From a virus (lineage: Duplodnaviria > Heunggongvirae > Uroviricota > Caudoviricetes), in the IMG/VR virus record IMGVR_UViG_3300022468_000539, positions 30,703 to 94,702 of that record: a DNA stretch of 64,000 bases, one strand, 5' to 3'. The notes beneath the pieces are model-generated. The model was not told the DNA's origin and did not search any database. It worked only from the letters and a program-made list of their open reading frames with translations. Each line of letters opens with the position of its first letter. Position 1 is the stretch's first letter. Both the position numbers and the translations under genes were made by a program. Of the stretch, positions 1 to 8,979 are shown in pieces.

Positions 1-56
1 TCAACAACTCGTGCAGTGGTTGTTGACTCGATCCGTCGCAAGTACCAACGGGTGTA

Positions 57-452
57 ATGCGAGTAGCTGTAGTTGGCGGTAGAGATTTTACTGACTATGG
101 CTTGTTGAAGACAACATTAGCACCACTCAAAATAAGTCATATTATTTCAGGTGGTGCTAATGGTGCTGATACGTTGGCTGTTCAATATGCTATAGAAAAA
201 AGCATACCATTTACAGAATTTATACCTCAATGGTATGTGAATGGTCGATACGATAACCGTGCAGGATTTGTACGAAATAAACAAATTGTACATGCGTCTG
301 AAGTTGTCTATGCTTTTTGGAATGGTAAATCAAAGGGTACAAAATCAACAATTGATTTTGCCAATAAAATCGGTGTTAAATGTTTTGTGGTAACGTATGA
401 AACATTTTATGAAATAGAAGAGGAAAACGATTTATGGAAAATAACCTTGTAA
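57..452 (+). CDS. SLOG/DUF2493-like Rossmann-fold protein (YspA/DprA-like nucleotide-binding)
   Basis: Motif GGANGADTLAVQYA typical of the SLOG/DUF2493 family; 131 aa. Confidence 0.45.
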   Translation: MRVAVVGGRDFTDYGLLKTTLAPLKISHIISGGANGADTLAVQYAIEKSIPFTEFIPQWYVNGRYDNRAGFVRNKQIVHASEVVYAFWNGKSKGTKSTIDFANKIGVKCFVVTYETFYEIEEENDLWKITL

Positions 453-1123
453 AACGCAGCCGTAACGAAGAAGACGGTGATGAAATTGAAATGATTCAGA
501 TTGGTGCCTCACAATCATCTATGATCCGTGCTTCGCGACACACAATTAACAATTTTCGTGTGTACTTAGATGAAAATATCGGTGAAGCTAAAAAATATCG
601 TGATTTGATTGATGCTTTGGTTTCGGCAGGACAGCATGACGAGTTCAACCTGTTTATCAATAATGGTGGTGGATATCTGTATACTGCACTGGCTATCATC
701 GAAGCAATTAAGGCAAGTCAGGCAACTGTCCGTGCTATTGTGGTTGGTGAATGTCACTCCGCAGCCAGTATTATCACTCTGTCATGCCATGAAATCATGA
801 TCACAGATGCTGCAAATATGATGGTTCACTCCGCATCATTTGGCTCTGGTGGTTTTGCTCACAACGTCAAGCATCATGCAGATTTTTCTGTAGCTCAATT
901 GGGTGTGTTGTTTGATGAAGTTTATGGTGGTTTCCTAACCGAAACCGAAATGAAAGAGTTGAAGAGTGGTCGCGAATTCTGGTTCAATGCAAAAGAAATT
1001 GCAAAACGTGTGGCTAATCGCATGAAACATCAGCAATCAAAAACCAAGGCTTCTATCAAGAAAGCTGGAAGCACTCCAAAACGTACCAAAAAGGTCGTAG
1101 GCGAAGATTTGGTTTCTGATTAA
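434..1123 (+). CDS. ClpP-like serine peptidase (S14 family; possible prohead/maturation protease)
   Basis: FINNGGGYLYTALAIIEAI and GECHSAASIITLS resemble the ClpP fold and catalytic Ser region. Start may be downstream at the internal Met at nt 491. Confidence 0.55.
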   Translation: MENNLVKRSRNEEDGDEIEMIQIGASQSSMIRASRHTINNFRVYLDENIGEAKKYRDLIDALVSAGQHDEFNLFINNGGGYLYTALAIIEAIKASQATVRAIVVGECHSAASIITLSCHEIMITDAANMMVHSASFGSGGFAHNVKHHADFSVAQLGVLFDEVYGGFLTETEMKELKSGREFWFNAKEIAKRVANRMKHQQSKTKASIKKAGSTPKRTKKVVGEDLVSD

Positions 1124-1174
1124 TAGCAACCTAACAATAATTATGGAAAGCGCTCTAACGGGCGCTATTGAATT

Positions 1175-2845
1175 TTGAAGTATCAAACTTTAATTGAGAC
1201 TGTTTTCAAAGATATTCAGCGGGAGCCACGTGGCAATCAAGTAGAGATTGTCAACCAAGTTCTCACTGAATTTTTTGACAACGACAAGCAAAACGTAGTT
1301 TTAAACGCACCAACGGGTATCGGTAAGTCGATCCTTGGTGCTGTCATTGCTGGATGTGTTGAATCACTCTCCGAACAAACAAATGGCTTGTCATCTATTA
1401 TTTTGATGGGCACCAACGGGCTTGCAAAGCAATACAGTGAGTCTTTTGATCATCTTGATCACCACAAATTCTTTCAGATTAAAGGCGCTTCAAATTATCC
1501 CTGCGCCTTCATGGAAGCACAACCAAGCGCCACATCCACAACCGGTGAAGAGTGTTGTAAGCCCCTTCTCCATGAAATGGAAGTATCGAAGTATTGCCGA
1601 GGCTGTGAGTTTGACCATGCTAAGAAGATGGTCAACAAGACAGCGAATCTGATTACCAACTTTTCCTACTTCCTTACTGCCAGTTTGAATTCTGGGCACT
1701 TGGAACCTAGGACACTACACATCTTTGATGAAGCACACACGTTCAATGATGCATATACCAGCTTCACCGAAATTTTGATCACATCCGAATTGCTTGGTAA
1801 GTATGTTTCCGAACTGAGCAATGTGAATGATCGTTGCAACGAAGAAGCTGCTGCTCTGGCTATGCTTAAACAGAAGCTGGAAAACAATGAAGTGCATGAA
1901 TCCAGTTATGAGCAAATCATCAACGTTCTGATGAAGATTTATGAGAGTGCCGCATCCACTTTAACATCACAATCTTCTTTGATTGCGGGACATGATAAGG
2001 TGCTTGCAATGAAGTATGCGAAGATGGCGAAGAAGTACGAAAACAACTATCAACGCATCAAGTTTTTGATTGAAGGTGAGTATGAGCATGTTTTCGATAA
2101 TACTGCTCCAAATTGTGCCGCAATTAAGACTATTTTTGTCTCTGACTCTATCGAAGCATGCTTGGGTAAAAAGAACCTCTTCATGTCTGCTACCATCACC
2201 GAAAATATCGCTTGGAACATCATTGGATTGGATCGGGAGAATAGTGCATTCATCATGCTCGATCCTGTCTTCCCACCAGAGAACAAACCAATCTTTTTCA
2301 TTGGTAAACACTCCCTGAATTTCAACACTCTGAAAGACCCTGAAGTCTTGAACAACTTGAAGACTTCCGTTCAAAAAATTTCTGAGCGGTACCCAGATTC
2401 TAAGGGTCTGTTGATCGCACCATCGTTCTATCTTGGTTCAGTTGTTGCAAAAAATGTGAAGGGTGTTAGACTCTTTGAACATGTGTCTGGTGGAAAGAAA
2501 CTACCTGAGTTGATCAAAGAGTTTAAGGCTTACAAAGGCGGTGCCTTGCTGGTGTCTCCGAGCATCTGGGAAGGTTTCGATATTGCAGAGTCTGACTATC
2601 AGATTTTGCTTAAAGCACCCTACGCATCTTTGGGAGACAAGCGTATCAAGTACATCTGTGATAACTATCCGATTGTCTATCAAGAAATGACACTGCTAAA
2701 GATACTTCAGGGTATTGGTCGTAGTGTTCGTTCCCCTACTGATCGTGCAGACACATACATGCTTGATGCCGGTATTGAGAAGCTGTTTAACAGCAAATCC
2801 AATCTCTGGAAAAACCACTATAAAGTTTTGAGTAAAGGAAAATAA
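1175..2845 (+). CDS. Rad3/XPD/DinG-like ATP-dependent DNA helicase with a putative Fe-S cluster
   Basis: Walker A NAPTGIGKS; DEAH box (HIFDEAHTF); four-Cys cluster C..CC..C-x-C between the motifs. The ORF begins with TTG, so the start is uncertain. Confidence 0.55.
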   Translation: MKYQTLIETVFKDIQREPRGNQVEIVNQVLTEFFDNDKQNVVLNAPTGIGKSILGAVIAGCVESLSEQTNGLSSIILMGTNGLAKQYSESFDHLDHHKFFQIKGASNYPCAFMEAQPSATSTTGEECCKPLLHEMEVSKYCRGCEFDHAKKMVNKTANLITNFSYFLTASLNSGHLEPRTLHIFDEAHTFNDAYTSFTEILITSELLGKYVSELSNVNDRCNEEAAALAMLKQKLENNEVHESSYEQIINVLMKIYESAASTLTSQSSLIAGHDKVLAMKYAKMAKKYENNYQRIKFLIEGEYEHVFDNTAPNCAAIKTIFVSDSIEACLGKKNLFMSATITENIAWNIIGLDRENSAFIMLDPVFPPENKPIFFIGKHSLNFNTLKDPEVLNNLKTSVQKISERYPDSKGLLIAPSFYLGSVVAKNVKGVRLFEHVSGGKKLPELIKEFKAYKGGALLVSPSIWEGFDIAESDYQILLKAPYASLGDKRIKYICDNYPIVYQEMTLLKILQGIGRSVRSPTDRADTYMLDAGIEKLFNSKSNLWKNHYKVLSKGK

Positions 2846-2846
2846 A

Positions 2847-3236
2847 ATGACTGATAAAAATGTAGATACAACGTATCCATACCCAACGGGCGGTGTGCCA
2901 TCGATTAGCGCTGGTGGTGTCAGTTCGCGTGAGTATATCCCAACACGTGACGGTACACCAGTGCATGTTAACGGTTGGGTGGATAATGTGATTAATCTGA
3001 AGACATTCGATAAACGCGCACACAACCACTATTTCAAAGATGTTTCGAAACTGGATTTCATTGATGTGTATCGTGTTCTGCAGTTGTTTGCTGTGAATGA
3101 TCCCTGCATTCAACATGCAGTGAAGAAACTGCTTGTTGCCGGTGGTCGCGGTGCTGGCAAAGACATCAAAAAAGACATTCAAGAAGCTATCGATTCATTG
3201 ACTCGTTGGCAAGAAATGCAAAAAGAAAATGGCTAA
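2847..3236 (+). CDS. hypothetical protein
   Basis: 129-aa ORF tightly packed after the helicase. Confidence 0.35.
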   Translation: MTDKNVDTTYPYPTGGVPSISAGGVSSREYIPTRDGTPVHVNGWVDNVINLKTFDKRAHNHYFKDVSKLDFIDVYRVLQLFAVNDPCIQHAVKKLLVAGGRGAGKDIKKDIQEAIDSLTRWQEMQKENG

Positions 3237-3765
3237 ATTTAACAATGTGATGCTCGACTTGGAAACCCTTAGCGAAGTACCTACTGCTGCAGTAGTCGCT
3301 ATCGGTGCTGTTGCTTTCAATATGGAAAATGACAGCGTTGCCGAGTTCTATATAAACGTCGATCCACGTGACTGTAAAGAGTACGGTATGGATATCTCTG
3401 AGAGTACCGTAGCATGGTGGCGTAAACAGAATCCAGAGGCTACGAAGGCGTGGATAACCGATGCTGTGAGCGTTGTAGAAGCAGGGACAAAGTTTGTAGA
3501 ATTTATGGAGGAACACACCGATAAACAGACCGTAAATGTCTGGGCTAACGGTATCGACTTCGACTTACCTATCCTGAAGAATTTGCTAAAGGTGATTAAA
3601 GCGCAGCCATGGTTATTCTGGAATCAATATGATGCACGAACTATTTTTAAACTGGCAAAGTTTGACACTAAAACTGCTTCACGGGTTGGTAAATATCACA
3701 ATGCTTTGGATGATTGTAATAATCAAATAAGATGGATTAAGAGTATCGTAAATGGAACATCTTGA
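3229..3765 (+). CDS. DEDD-family 3'-5' exonuclease (DnaQ-like)
   Basis: N-terminal MLDLETLS Exo I motif and an overall DnaQ-like layout. Confidence 0.5.
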   Translation: MAKFNNVMLDLETLSEVPTAAVVAIGAVAFNMENDSVAEFYINVDPRDCKEYGMDISESTVAWWRKQNPEATKAWITDAVSVVEAGTKFVEFMEEHTDKQTVNVWANGIDFDLPILKNLLKVIKAQPWLFWNQYDARTIFKLAKFDTKTASRVGKYHNALDDCNNQIRWIKSIVNGTS

Positions 3766-4105
3766 GTCTTACAAAGGCCACTTCGTAAAGATCATAAAGA
3801 ATTCGGCGCAATGTCGTTTATGTGGTGACATTATTACATCTAAACATGTTCATGATTATGAACGTTGTAAATGTGGCGAAATAAGTGTTGATGGGGGTAA
3901 TGAATATCTCCGAAGGTCAGCAAAGGATTTACATAATTTAATTGATTGCAGTGAGAGTCGTAACCTCAGTTTTCAGGAGATTAAAAATTTGAAAACTACC
4001 GCAATGAAACAAATGCGCGAATCTTCTTACTCGGATTCTTACTACAAAAATCTGATTGCTGCTGCAGAGTATTACGCAAACCTTTGGTACTCTTGCAAAA
4101 TTTGA
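3752..4105 (+). CDS. hypothetical protein with a Cys4 zinc-ribbon-like motif
   Basis: CRLCGD..(x17)..CKCGE. Confidence 0.35.
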   Translation: MEHLESYKGHFVKIIKNSAQCRLCGDIITSKHVHDYERCKCGEISVDGGNEYLRRSAKDLHNLIDCSESRNLSFQEIKNLKTTAMKQMRESSYSDSYYKNLIAAAEYYANLWYSCKI

Positions 4106-4150
4106 AACCCGTTATAGAATTGAATTTTTAACCCTAGAAAGATATACATT

Positions 4151-4828
4151 ATGAAATTGAGCAAAGCAACTTTGGCGGTACTGAAGAATTTTTCTTCTAT
4201 CAATGGAAACGTCATGATCGAAGCAGGTAACTATCTGCACACCCGTACCGTGGAGCGTAACATGTACGCATGCGCAACCGTGGAAGACGAATTCCCCAAA
4301 ACCTTTGGTATCTATGATCTGTCACAACTTTTGGGTGTGATCAGTTTGTTCAGTGAACCTGAGTTGGAATTTGGTGAGTCTTCCCTGACCATTAGCCAAG
4401 GTAAGAACCGTGTTGAATACCGTTATGCATCATCAGACATTCTGGCTTTCCCAGACAAGAAACTGACTGAGCCTAGTGTTGATGCGACATTCACTCTGAC
4501 CGAAGAAAACCTGAAGTCTCTGCTGAAAGCCGGTGCTGTTTTGGGATCGCAGATGTTGCGTATCGGTGGTGATGGTAAGACCATCACATGTACACTGTTA
4601 ACACTGGATAAGGACAATAACCCATCCACATCGTTTAACACCTTCAGCGTTGATGTTGGTGACACTGATAGCACTTTTAGTGTAGATATTCGCCTTGAAA
4701 ATATTAAGATGATGTCTGGTAACTATGAAGTGTCTTTATCCAAAAAGAAGATCGCTAAATTTGCAAACACAGGCACATCATATACCCTGTATGTGGCAAA
4801 CGAAAAGTCTTCTAAGTGGGAAGACTAA
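4151..4828 (+). CDS. 45: sliding clamp, T4 gp45-like
   Basis: 225 aa. The N-terminus MKLSKATLAVLKNFSSINGNVM...FGIYDLSQLLGVISLF aligns with T4 gp45 (MKLSKDTTALLKNFATINSGIM...AIYDLNGFLGILSLV). Confidence 0.75.
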   Translation: MKLSKATLAVLKNFSSINGNVMIEAGNYLHTRTVERNMYACATVEDEFPKTFGIYDLSQLLGVISLFSEPELEFGESSLTISQGKNRVEYRYASSDILAFPDKKLTEPSVDATFTLTEENLKSLLKAGAVLGSQMLRIGGDGKTITCTLLTLDKDNNPSTSFNTFSVDVGDTDSTFSVDIRLENIKMMSGNYEVSLSKKKIAKFANTGTSYTLYVANEKSSKWED

Positions 4829-4830
4829 TA

Positions 4831-5037
4831 ATGGCTGAAGTTAAATCTCCACCTACTCTTTTTCGTGTTAACATCATGGAATATGAACGGGGTTGGGGTT
4901 GCAAAGTGGATGGTGTAGAGTATTTCGATACCGAAAAATCAGCCAAAGAATTTTGCACTAACTTCAACTCTCAGAACACATCCGAAAGCGTACCAAGCTG
5001 GTACATGGTTGCTGAATACATTGGACAGGTTTCCTAG
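4831..5037 (+). CDS. hypothetical protein
   Basis: ATG 2 nt after the gp45 stop; 68 aa. The ORF-track start at 4816 overlaps gp45. Confidence 0.3.
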   Translation: MAEVKSPPTLFRVNIMEYERGWGCKVDGVEYFDTEKSAKEFCTNFNSQNTSESVPSWYMVAEYIGQVS

Positions 5038-5158
5038 GGTGGGAAGAGCATCGTAACCGGACACGATGTAAAATAAAAGAAAGCGTGAACTATTTGAATG
5101 TTGACCACGAAAGGGTCAAGACGGACACATAACCGTCACGAATAACTATTGGATAAAT

Positions 5159-5470
5159 ATGACTCTTGTTACATCACAGATATCACGAATTGGTTTTACT
5201 GTAGAACGATTCGACAGTCGTTGGGTTCCATTCGAATACCGCATGTTTTACTGTCGTCAAAACAACGACTTGAAGAACAGCATTTTCTATAAAGAATGGG
5301 CACGTGAGTGCGTCAGTCTGATGTCACAATTTGGTTTCAATCACACTTTCAGAAAAATGGAAGTTGGAGAGAGCAGACGATACTTTGCTCATGTTGAGTT
5401 TTCACATTACCGAGACTATTGGGGTGAGAGTGATTACGACATGGAAATCATAAAAATGCGGCGCGTGTAG
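5159..5470 (+). CDS. hypothetical protein
   Basis: 103-aa ORF. Confidence 0.35.
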   Translation: MTLVTSQISRIGFTVERFDSRWVPFEYRMFYCRQNNDLKNSIFYKEWARECVSLMSQFGFNHTFRKMEVGESRRYFAHVEFSHYRDYWGESDYDMEIIKMRRV

Positions 5471-5475
5471 AAAAC

Positions 5476-5486
5476 TGTGTTATAAT
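5476..5486 (+). promoter_or_regulatory. extended -10 promoter TGTGTTATAAT driving the first tRNA pair
   Basis: TGnTATAAT match 9 nt upstream of the tRNA-like gene. Confidence 0.5.
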
Positions 5487-5495
5487 TTGTCTATT

Positions 5496-5616
5496 GCGAG
5501 GGTGGCGAAATAGGTAGACGCACTGGACTTTTACAGAATATCTTCCTAAGAGGGTATTCGATAAAATCCAACGGGGAGTGATCCTCATACGGGTTCGATC
5601 CCCGTCCCTCGTACCA
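5496..5616 (+). tRNA. tRNA-like gene, 121 nt: type-II (Leu/Ser-like) D-arm, perfect T-arm and acceptor stem, but a ~30-nt extra hairpin at the anticodon loop (intron?)
   Basis: Acceptor GCGAGGG/CCCTCGT with ACCA. D-arm TGGCGAAATAGGTAGACGC. T-arm ACGGG-TTCGATC-CCCGT. Insert hairpin AGAATATC..GGTATTCG. Anticodon-stem halves CTGGA / TCCAA are separated by the insert. Confidence 0.45.
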
Positions 5617-5618
5617 GT

Positions 5619-5692
5619 GGCGCACTGTCAGATTGGTTATGTACGGGATTGCAAATCCTGATAGATCGGTTCGATTCCGGTGTGCGCCTCCA
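5619..5692 (+). tRNA. tRNA-Cys (GCA)
   Basis: Acceptor GGCGCAC/GTGCGCC; anticodon loop TTGCAAA; GGTTATGTA D-loop as in E. coli tRNA-Cys; CCA encoded. Confidence 0.75.
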
Positions 5693-5718
5693 AGTGAAAC
5701 AAAACAGGAGTTATATTA

Positions 5719-6212
5719 TGTCTCAATTTAAAGTAGGTGATAAAGTTCGTCGCACAGAAGAAGGTGGCAGTGACGATAAGTTTGGTATATATGTTGGAAA
5801 AATTTATACTGTCTCCAGTAGCGGATCGTGCGGATCGTTCATTCTTTTAGAAGGTATAGCGGGTTCATGGAACTCCAACTATTTTGAGTTAGTGGATGAT
5901 AACGGTGAGTTTCAATCAAAAAAGCATCCTCACGCTGATCTGATCATTGCATGGGCTAACGGTGCTAGCATTGAGCAACTTGGTCAAGGCAAAAATGGAA
6001 AGTGGGTAGTTGTTTCGCAGCCATCTTGGGCTGTTAACTCTAAATTCCGTGTCAAGCCAAAAGTTGTTGAACCAGTTACCGCGAAGCGTAGAATTGCAGC
6101 AGTTGGATCAGCTATTGGTGATTACCTGACATGGTATACAGATGGTGTTCCCAATGTCGAAGTGACCTACAATCCAGAGACAAAAGAAATTCTGACTATC
6201 AAACAAATCTGA
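5719..6212 (+). CDS. hypothetical protein
   Basis: ATG preceded by AGGAG. The ORF-track start at 5649 lies inside tRNA-Cys, so the start was moved to 5719. Confidence 0.4.
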
Positions 6213-6214
6213 TT

Positions 6215-6556
6215 ATGGAACTAAAAATCAAGAAGGAACTTCGTACTACGAAGTCTGGTCAGCCTGAATTCTCAAATAAATTTATTGAGGTCAAGTATGA
6301 CATGGAACACAGGACAGCAACATTTCATAACCCTTATATTGACGTATACACGCATGAATTAAAAATATTTGCCAAGGGTCAATTTCCATCTGATGGTACA
6401 CCTGATCACAGTATAGCAAGAAATGGCTTGATGTCTTTCCTGTACTCTGATATAATTCATGAGTTGCATCTTTTGGCAAATGATATTTCACCTAGAAATA
6501 CAGATGCAATAAAAAGAATTCGACAAATGCAGCATGATTTGTCCACATGGGAATAA
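6215..6556 (+). CDS. hypothetical protein
   Basis: In-frame ATG 2 nt after the previous stop; 113 aa. Confidence 0.35.
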   Translation: MELKIKKELRTTKSGQPEFSNKFIEVKYDMEHRTATFHNPYIDVYTHELKIFAKGQFPSDGTPDHSIARNGLMSFLYSDIIHELHLLANDISPRNTDAIKRIRQMQHDLSTWE

Positions 6557-6558
6557 AG

Positions 6559-6598
6559 CGTGTTATAATTCAGTCTTCGAAACACAAAAGGAAATCCT
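6559..6598 (+). promoter_or_regulatory. early promoter-leader cassette (CGTGTTATAAT + TCAGTCTTCGAAACACAAAAGGAAAT)
   Basis: Member of the repeated cassette family described under findings. Confidence 0.5.
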
Positions 6599-6754
6599 GT
6601 GAATACTGTGAAAAATGTAATAGTAAATGGGTTTGAGATTGGAAGAGTTGAGGGCAGTCGTTTTTACGGTTGTATTAAAATTGGTGAAAAACGCGGATTT
6701 CTGTTTAATACAAAAAAAGCTGCAGTAAGTTTTGCAAAAAATCAAAAACTGTGA
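6599..6754 (+). CDS. small hypothetical protein (GTG start, 51 aa)
   Basis: Directly follows the cassette; RBS AAAGGAAAT. Confidence 0.25.
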   Translation: MNTVKNVIVNGFEIGRVEGSRFYGCIKIGEKRGFLFNTKKAAVSFAKNQKL

Positions 6755-6946
6755 TATAATTCAGTTATCCTACATACATCGAATGGTTCGGACAAGATAG
6801 CAAGAGTTATCTGCGTAGGATTCTCAACAAAAAAGCCGTGACAGTTGAGAACTTGTTGAGGAACTAAAAATAGTTCCCACATGTAAGCAAAATAGTGATA
6901 TAATGCTTACATGTGACAGCAAACTGACGAGTTTATTGTTGCTATA

Positions 6947-7180
6947 GGAAGTAATTAATCCTAGACCTAGTATAGTGTAGTTGGTAAGCACGTGCCCATT
7001 CGTAGGTTCGAATCCTACCACTTCTGTAATGGAAGTGTAGCCAAGAGGTCTAAGGCGGGTTCGAATCCCCTACATAAGGTCATATATAAATTTGCTTGTA
7101 GACGAAATTAGGTAAAGTCGCCGTGAAAACCGGCAAAAAATATCGAAAGATATTTGGTGGTTCGAATCCACTCCGGCAAA
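6947..7180 (+). ncRNA. three consecutive non-canonical tRNA-like modules (T-arm GGTTCGAATCC plus acceptor-like stems, no canonical anticodon arm)
   Basis: T-loops at 7007-7013, 7060-7066 and 7161-7167. Hairpins CACTTCT-GTAAT-GGAAGTG and AAATATC-GAAA-GATATTT. No ORF. Confidence 0.35.
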
Positions 7181-7213
7181 TTTGTGTTATAATTGATTGA
7201 AGACTAATATGAT

Positions 7214-7430
7214 GAGTGTATACCTTAATAAAACAGAGGCGAAGGAAAGAATCGCCAATGTGGTCTAAAGGGAACACTTCCAACATGGTATCGGAGAATA
7301 GGGCAGTAGTGACATAAGAGTGGTATCTTATGAATCGAAGTCGGGATAAGTACCAATCCCGCTAAACAGGAATCCGAACGATACCGGAGAAGATGTTTGA
7401 TTTTAGGTTCGAATCCTAATGTACTCACCA
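7214..7430 (+). ncRNA. 217-nt structured RNA with a tRNA-like acceptor stem (GAGTGTA/TGTACTC), T-arm and encoded ACCA; may be an intron-containing tRNA
   Basis: Perfect T-arm TTAGG-TTCGAAT-CCTAA. 3' end TGTACTC-A-CCA. Internal hairpins GGCGA..TCGCC, GGGAT..ATCCC, GGTATCG..CGATACC. Confidence 0.35.
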
Positions 7431-7460
7431 TATTAGTTTTAATGTTAATTTGGAGTTATT

Positions 7461-7706
7461 ATGAAAAAGTTTTTGGTTATCGCTGCAGTTGCACTTTTGA
7501 GCGCATGTACAAATACATCCAACGCAGAGCGTGTGTTGGCTGATAATGGATATACCGATATCCAAATGACTGGTTATAGTCTATTTGGTTGTGATAAAAA
7601 CGACACTTTTTCAGATGGCTTTAAAGCAAAAAGCCCAAATGGAAAAATGGTGGAAGGTGTTGTTTGCTCTGGAGTTTTTAAAGGTGCCACCATCCGGTTT
7701 AATTGA
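7461..7706 (+). CDS. small secreted lipoprotein (81 aa)
   Basis: Signal peptide with lipobox LLSAC; Cys-rich mature part; RBS GGAG. Confidence 0.5.
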   Translation: MKKFLVIAAVALLSACTNTSNAERVLADNGYTDIQMTGYSLFGCDKNDTFSDGFKAKSPNGKMVEGVVCSGVFKGATIRFN

Positions 7707-7715
7707 TATAAATAC

Positions 7716-7789
7716 TTACTCGTAGCTCAGTGTAGAGCGCCCTACTTTTAATGGGGAGGTCGGTGGGTCGTTCCCATCCGAGTAAACCA
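7716..7789 (+). tRNA. tRNA-Lys (TTT)
   Basis: Acceptor TTACTCG/CGAGTAA; D-arm GCTC..GAGC; anticodon loop CTTTTAA; ACCA encoded. Confidence 0.75.
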
Positions 7790-7904
7790 AGTTTGTAACC
7801 CTAAACGTCTAAGTAACCGAGACATGACGTTGAATTGCAAGAGAACTGCTGGCAAAGTCGATAAATTCCTTCTCAGGATGTGCAGTTAGCAAAGGGTTCA
7901 TTTA

Positions 7905-8029
7905 TTTTGTTGTGAAGGGGAATTGGTATACCCTACTGGTTGGATAATAGTGGGAAAGCGGTGTTTATCACCTTAAAGTAGCCCTCCTGTAAGCCGGTGC
8001 TTGTTTAGGTTCGAATCCTATCAACAAAA
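7905..8029 (+). ncRNA. 125-nt tRNA-like structured RNA (acceptor TTTTGTT/AACAAAA, T-arm TTCGAAT, extra hairpins)
   Basis: Acceptor complementarity and T-loop at 8010-8016; internal hairpins GGTG-TTTAT-CACC and AAGC-CGGT-GCTT. Confidence 0.3.
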
Positions 8030-8114
8030 AAAGAGCAAGTCGGGTAGCGCCCGAACAACTCAGATCAAGAGTTACATTGTTGATCCTGCGGGTGCAAGAA
8101 GTCCCGACCAAATT

Positions 8115-8204
8115 GGGGTGTTGGCCGAGTGGTCTAAGGCAGCGGTCTTGAAAACCGTCACTGGCGCAAGCTGGTCGTGGGTTCGAATCCTACACGCCCC
8201 GCCA
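8115..8204 (+). tRNA. tRNA-Ser (TGA)
   Basis: Type II: GGGGTGT acceptor, GCC-GAGTGGTCTAA-GGC D-arm, anticodon loop CTTGAAA, long variable arm, CCA encoded. Confidence 0.8.
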
Positions 8205-8325
8205 CTATATTATTAGGAAACAGTATGGCATTGCTAGAGTTTTGTTTTGCAATCTATCTAATTTTCAATGATCATCCAGTCATTGGAATAATTTTGTTGC
8301 TTGATTCTGTTTCACGTACATCTTA

Positions 8326-8359
8326 GTGCTATAATCATTGAAATACAAAAGAGGTAGCT
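8326..8359 (+). promoter_or_regulatory. early promoter-leader cassette (GTGCTATAAT + CATTGAAATACAAAAGAGGTAGCT)
   Basis: Cassette family. Confidence 0.5.
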
Positions 8360-8974
8360 ATGCCAACATTCCGCGAAAAAATGATTGATGCAGTTCAGAC
8401 ACAGGAGGGATTTGATGTAAATCCTGACGATTTCTTTTTTGAAACTGGTATTGGTGGAACTGACATCGATTATGAAAAGTTTGATGCGCGGTTTAAGAAA
8501 TATCCAGTTTATACATGGGTGTGTACCGACACTTCTGTTGGCATCTATGCCATTACACTCGATGGTGTACTCGTCGCATACACAACACAAAATGCCCGTA
8601 AAAACCCTGTAAACGTTTACTACTTTTCAAAGCTCATACAAGATTTGGTTGTTAAGGCGGTTTGCGAATGTGAACTTAACTGTGAATCTGAAAAGAATTA
8701 TAGTCTGGTTGATGAATCAATTCTTGATTCTGACTATGACAAGATCAACGCTTTTGAAAATCGCATGTTGGTAACTGAGTTCCCTGCATTGGTTTCCATG
8801 GGTCTGACTATTGAACAAAATGAAAACAAATTTATTGTGTTGAAAGACAGTGTTCGGATAAACGATTTCTCTCATGAAAGTATGGATACTGTTGAACAAT
8901 GCGCCAAGCATCATGTTAGTTATTCGTCTGATCCAGAATCTTTCATCAAACTATTTCTGTTGCCTGAAATGTAA
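8360..8974 (+). CDS. hypothetical protein
   Basis: 204-aa ORF following the cassette. Confidence 0.45.
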   Translation: MPTFREKMIDAVQTQEGFDVNPDDFFFETGIGGTDIDYEKFDARFKKYPVYTWVCTDTSVGIYAITLDGVLVAYTTQNARKNPVNVYYFSKLIQDLVVKAVCECELNCESEKNYSLVDESILDSDYDKINAFENRMLVTEFPALVSMGLTIEQNENKFIVLKDSVRINDFSHESMDTVEQCAKHHVSYSSDPESFIKLFLLPEM

Positions 8975-8979
8975 TTACT

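Noticed and set aside
6824-7431. Minus-strand ORFs 6824-7021, 7080-7286, 7225-7431 (and 17791-18000), all containing a GFEP peptide
   Set aside because: GFEP is the reverse-complement translation of the tRNA T-loop GGTTCGAATCC, so these ORFs are artefacts of antisense tRNA-like DNA.
8001-8216. 71-aa plus ORF
   Set aside because: Overlaps tRNA-Ser (8115-8204) and a tRNA-like module.
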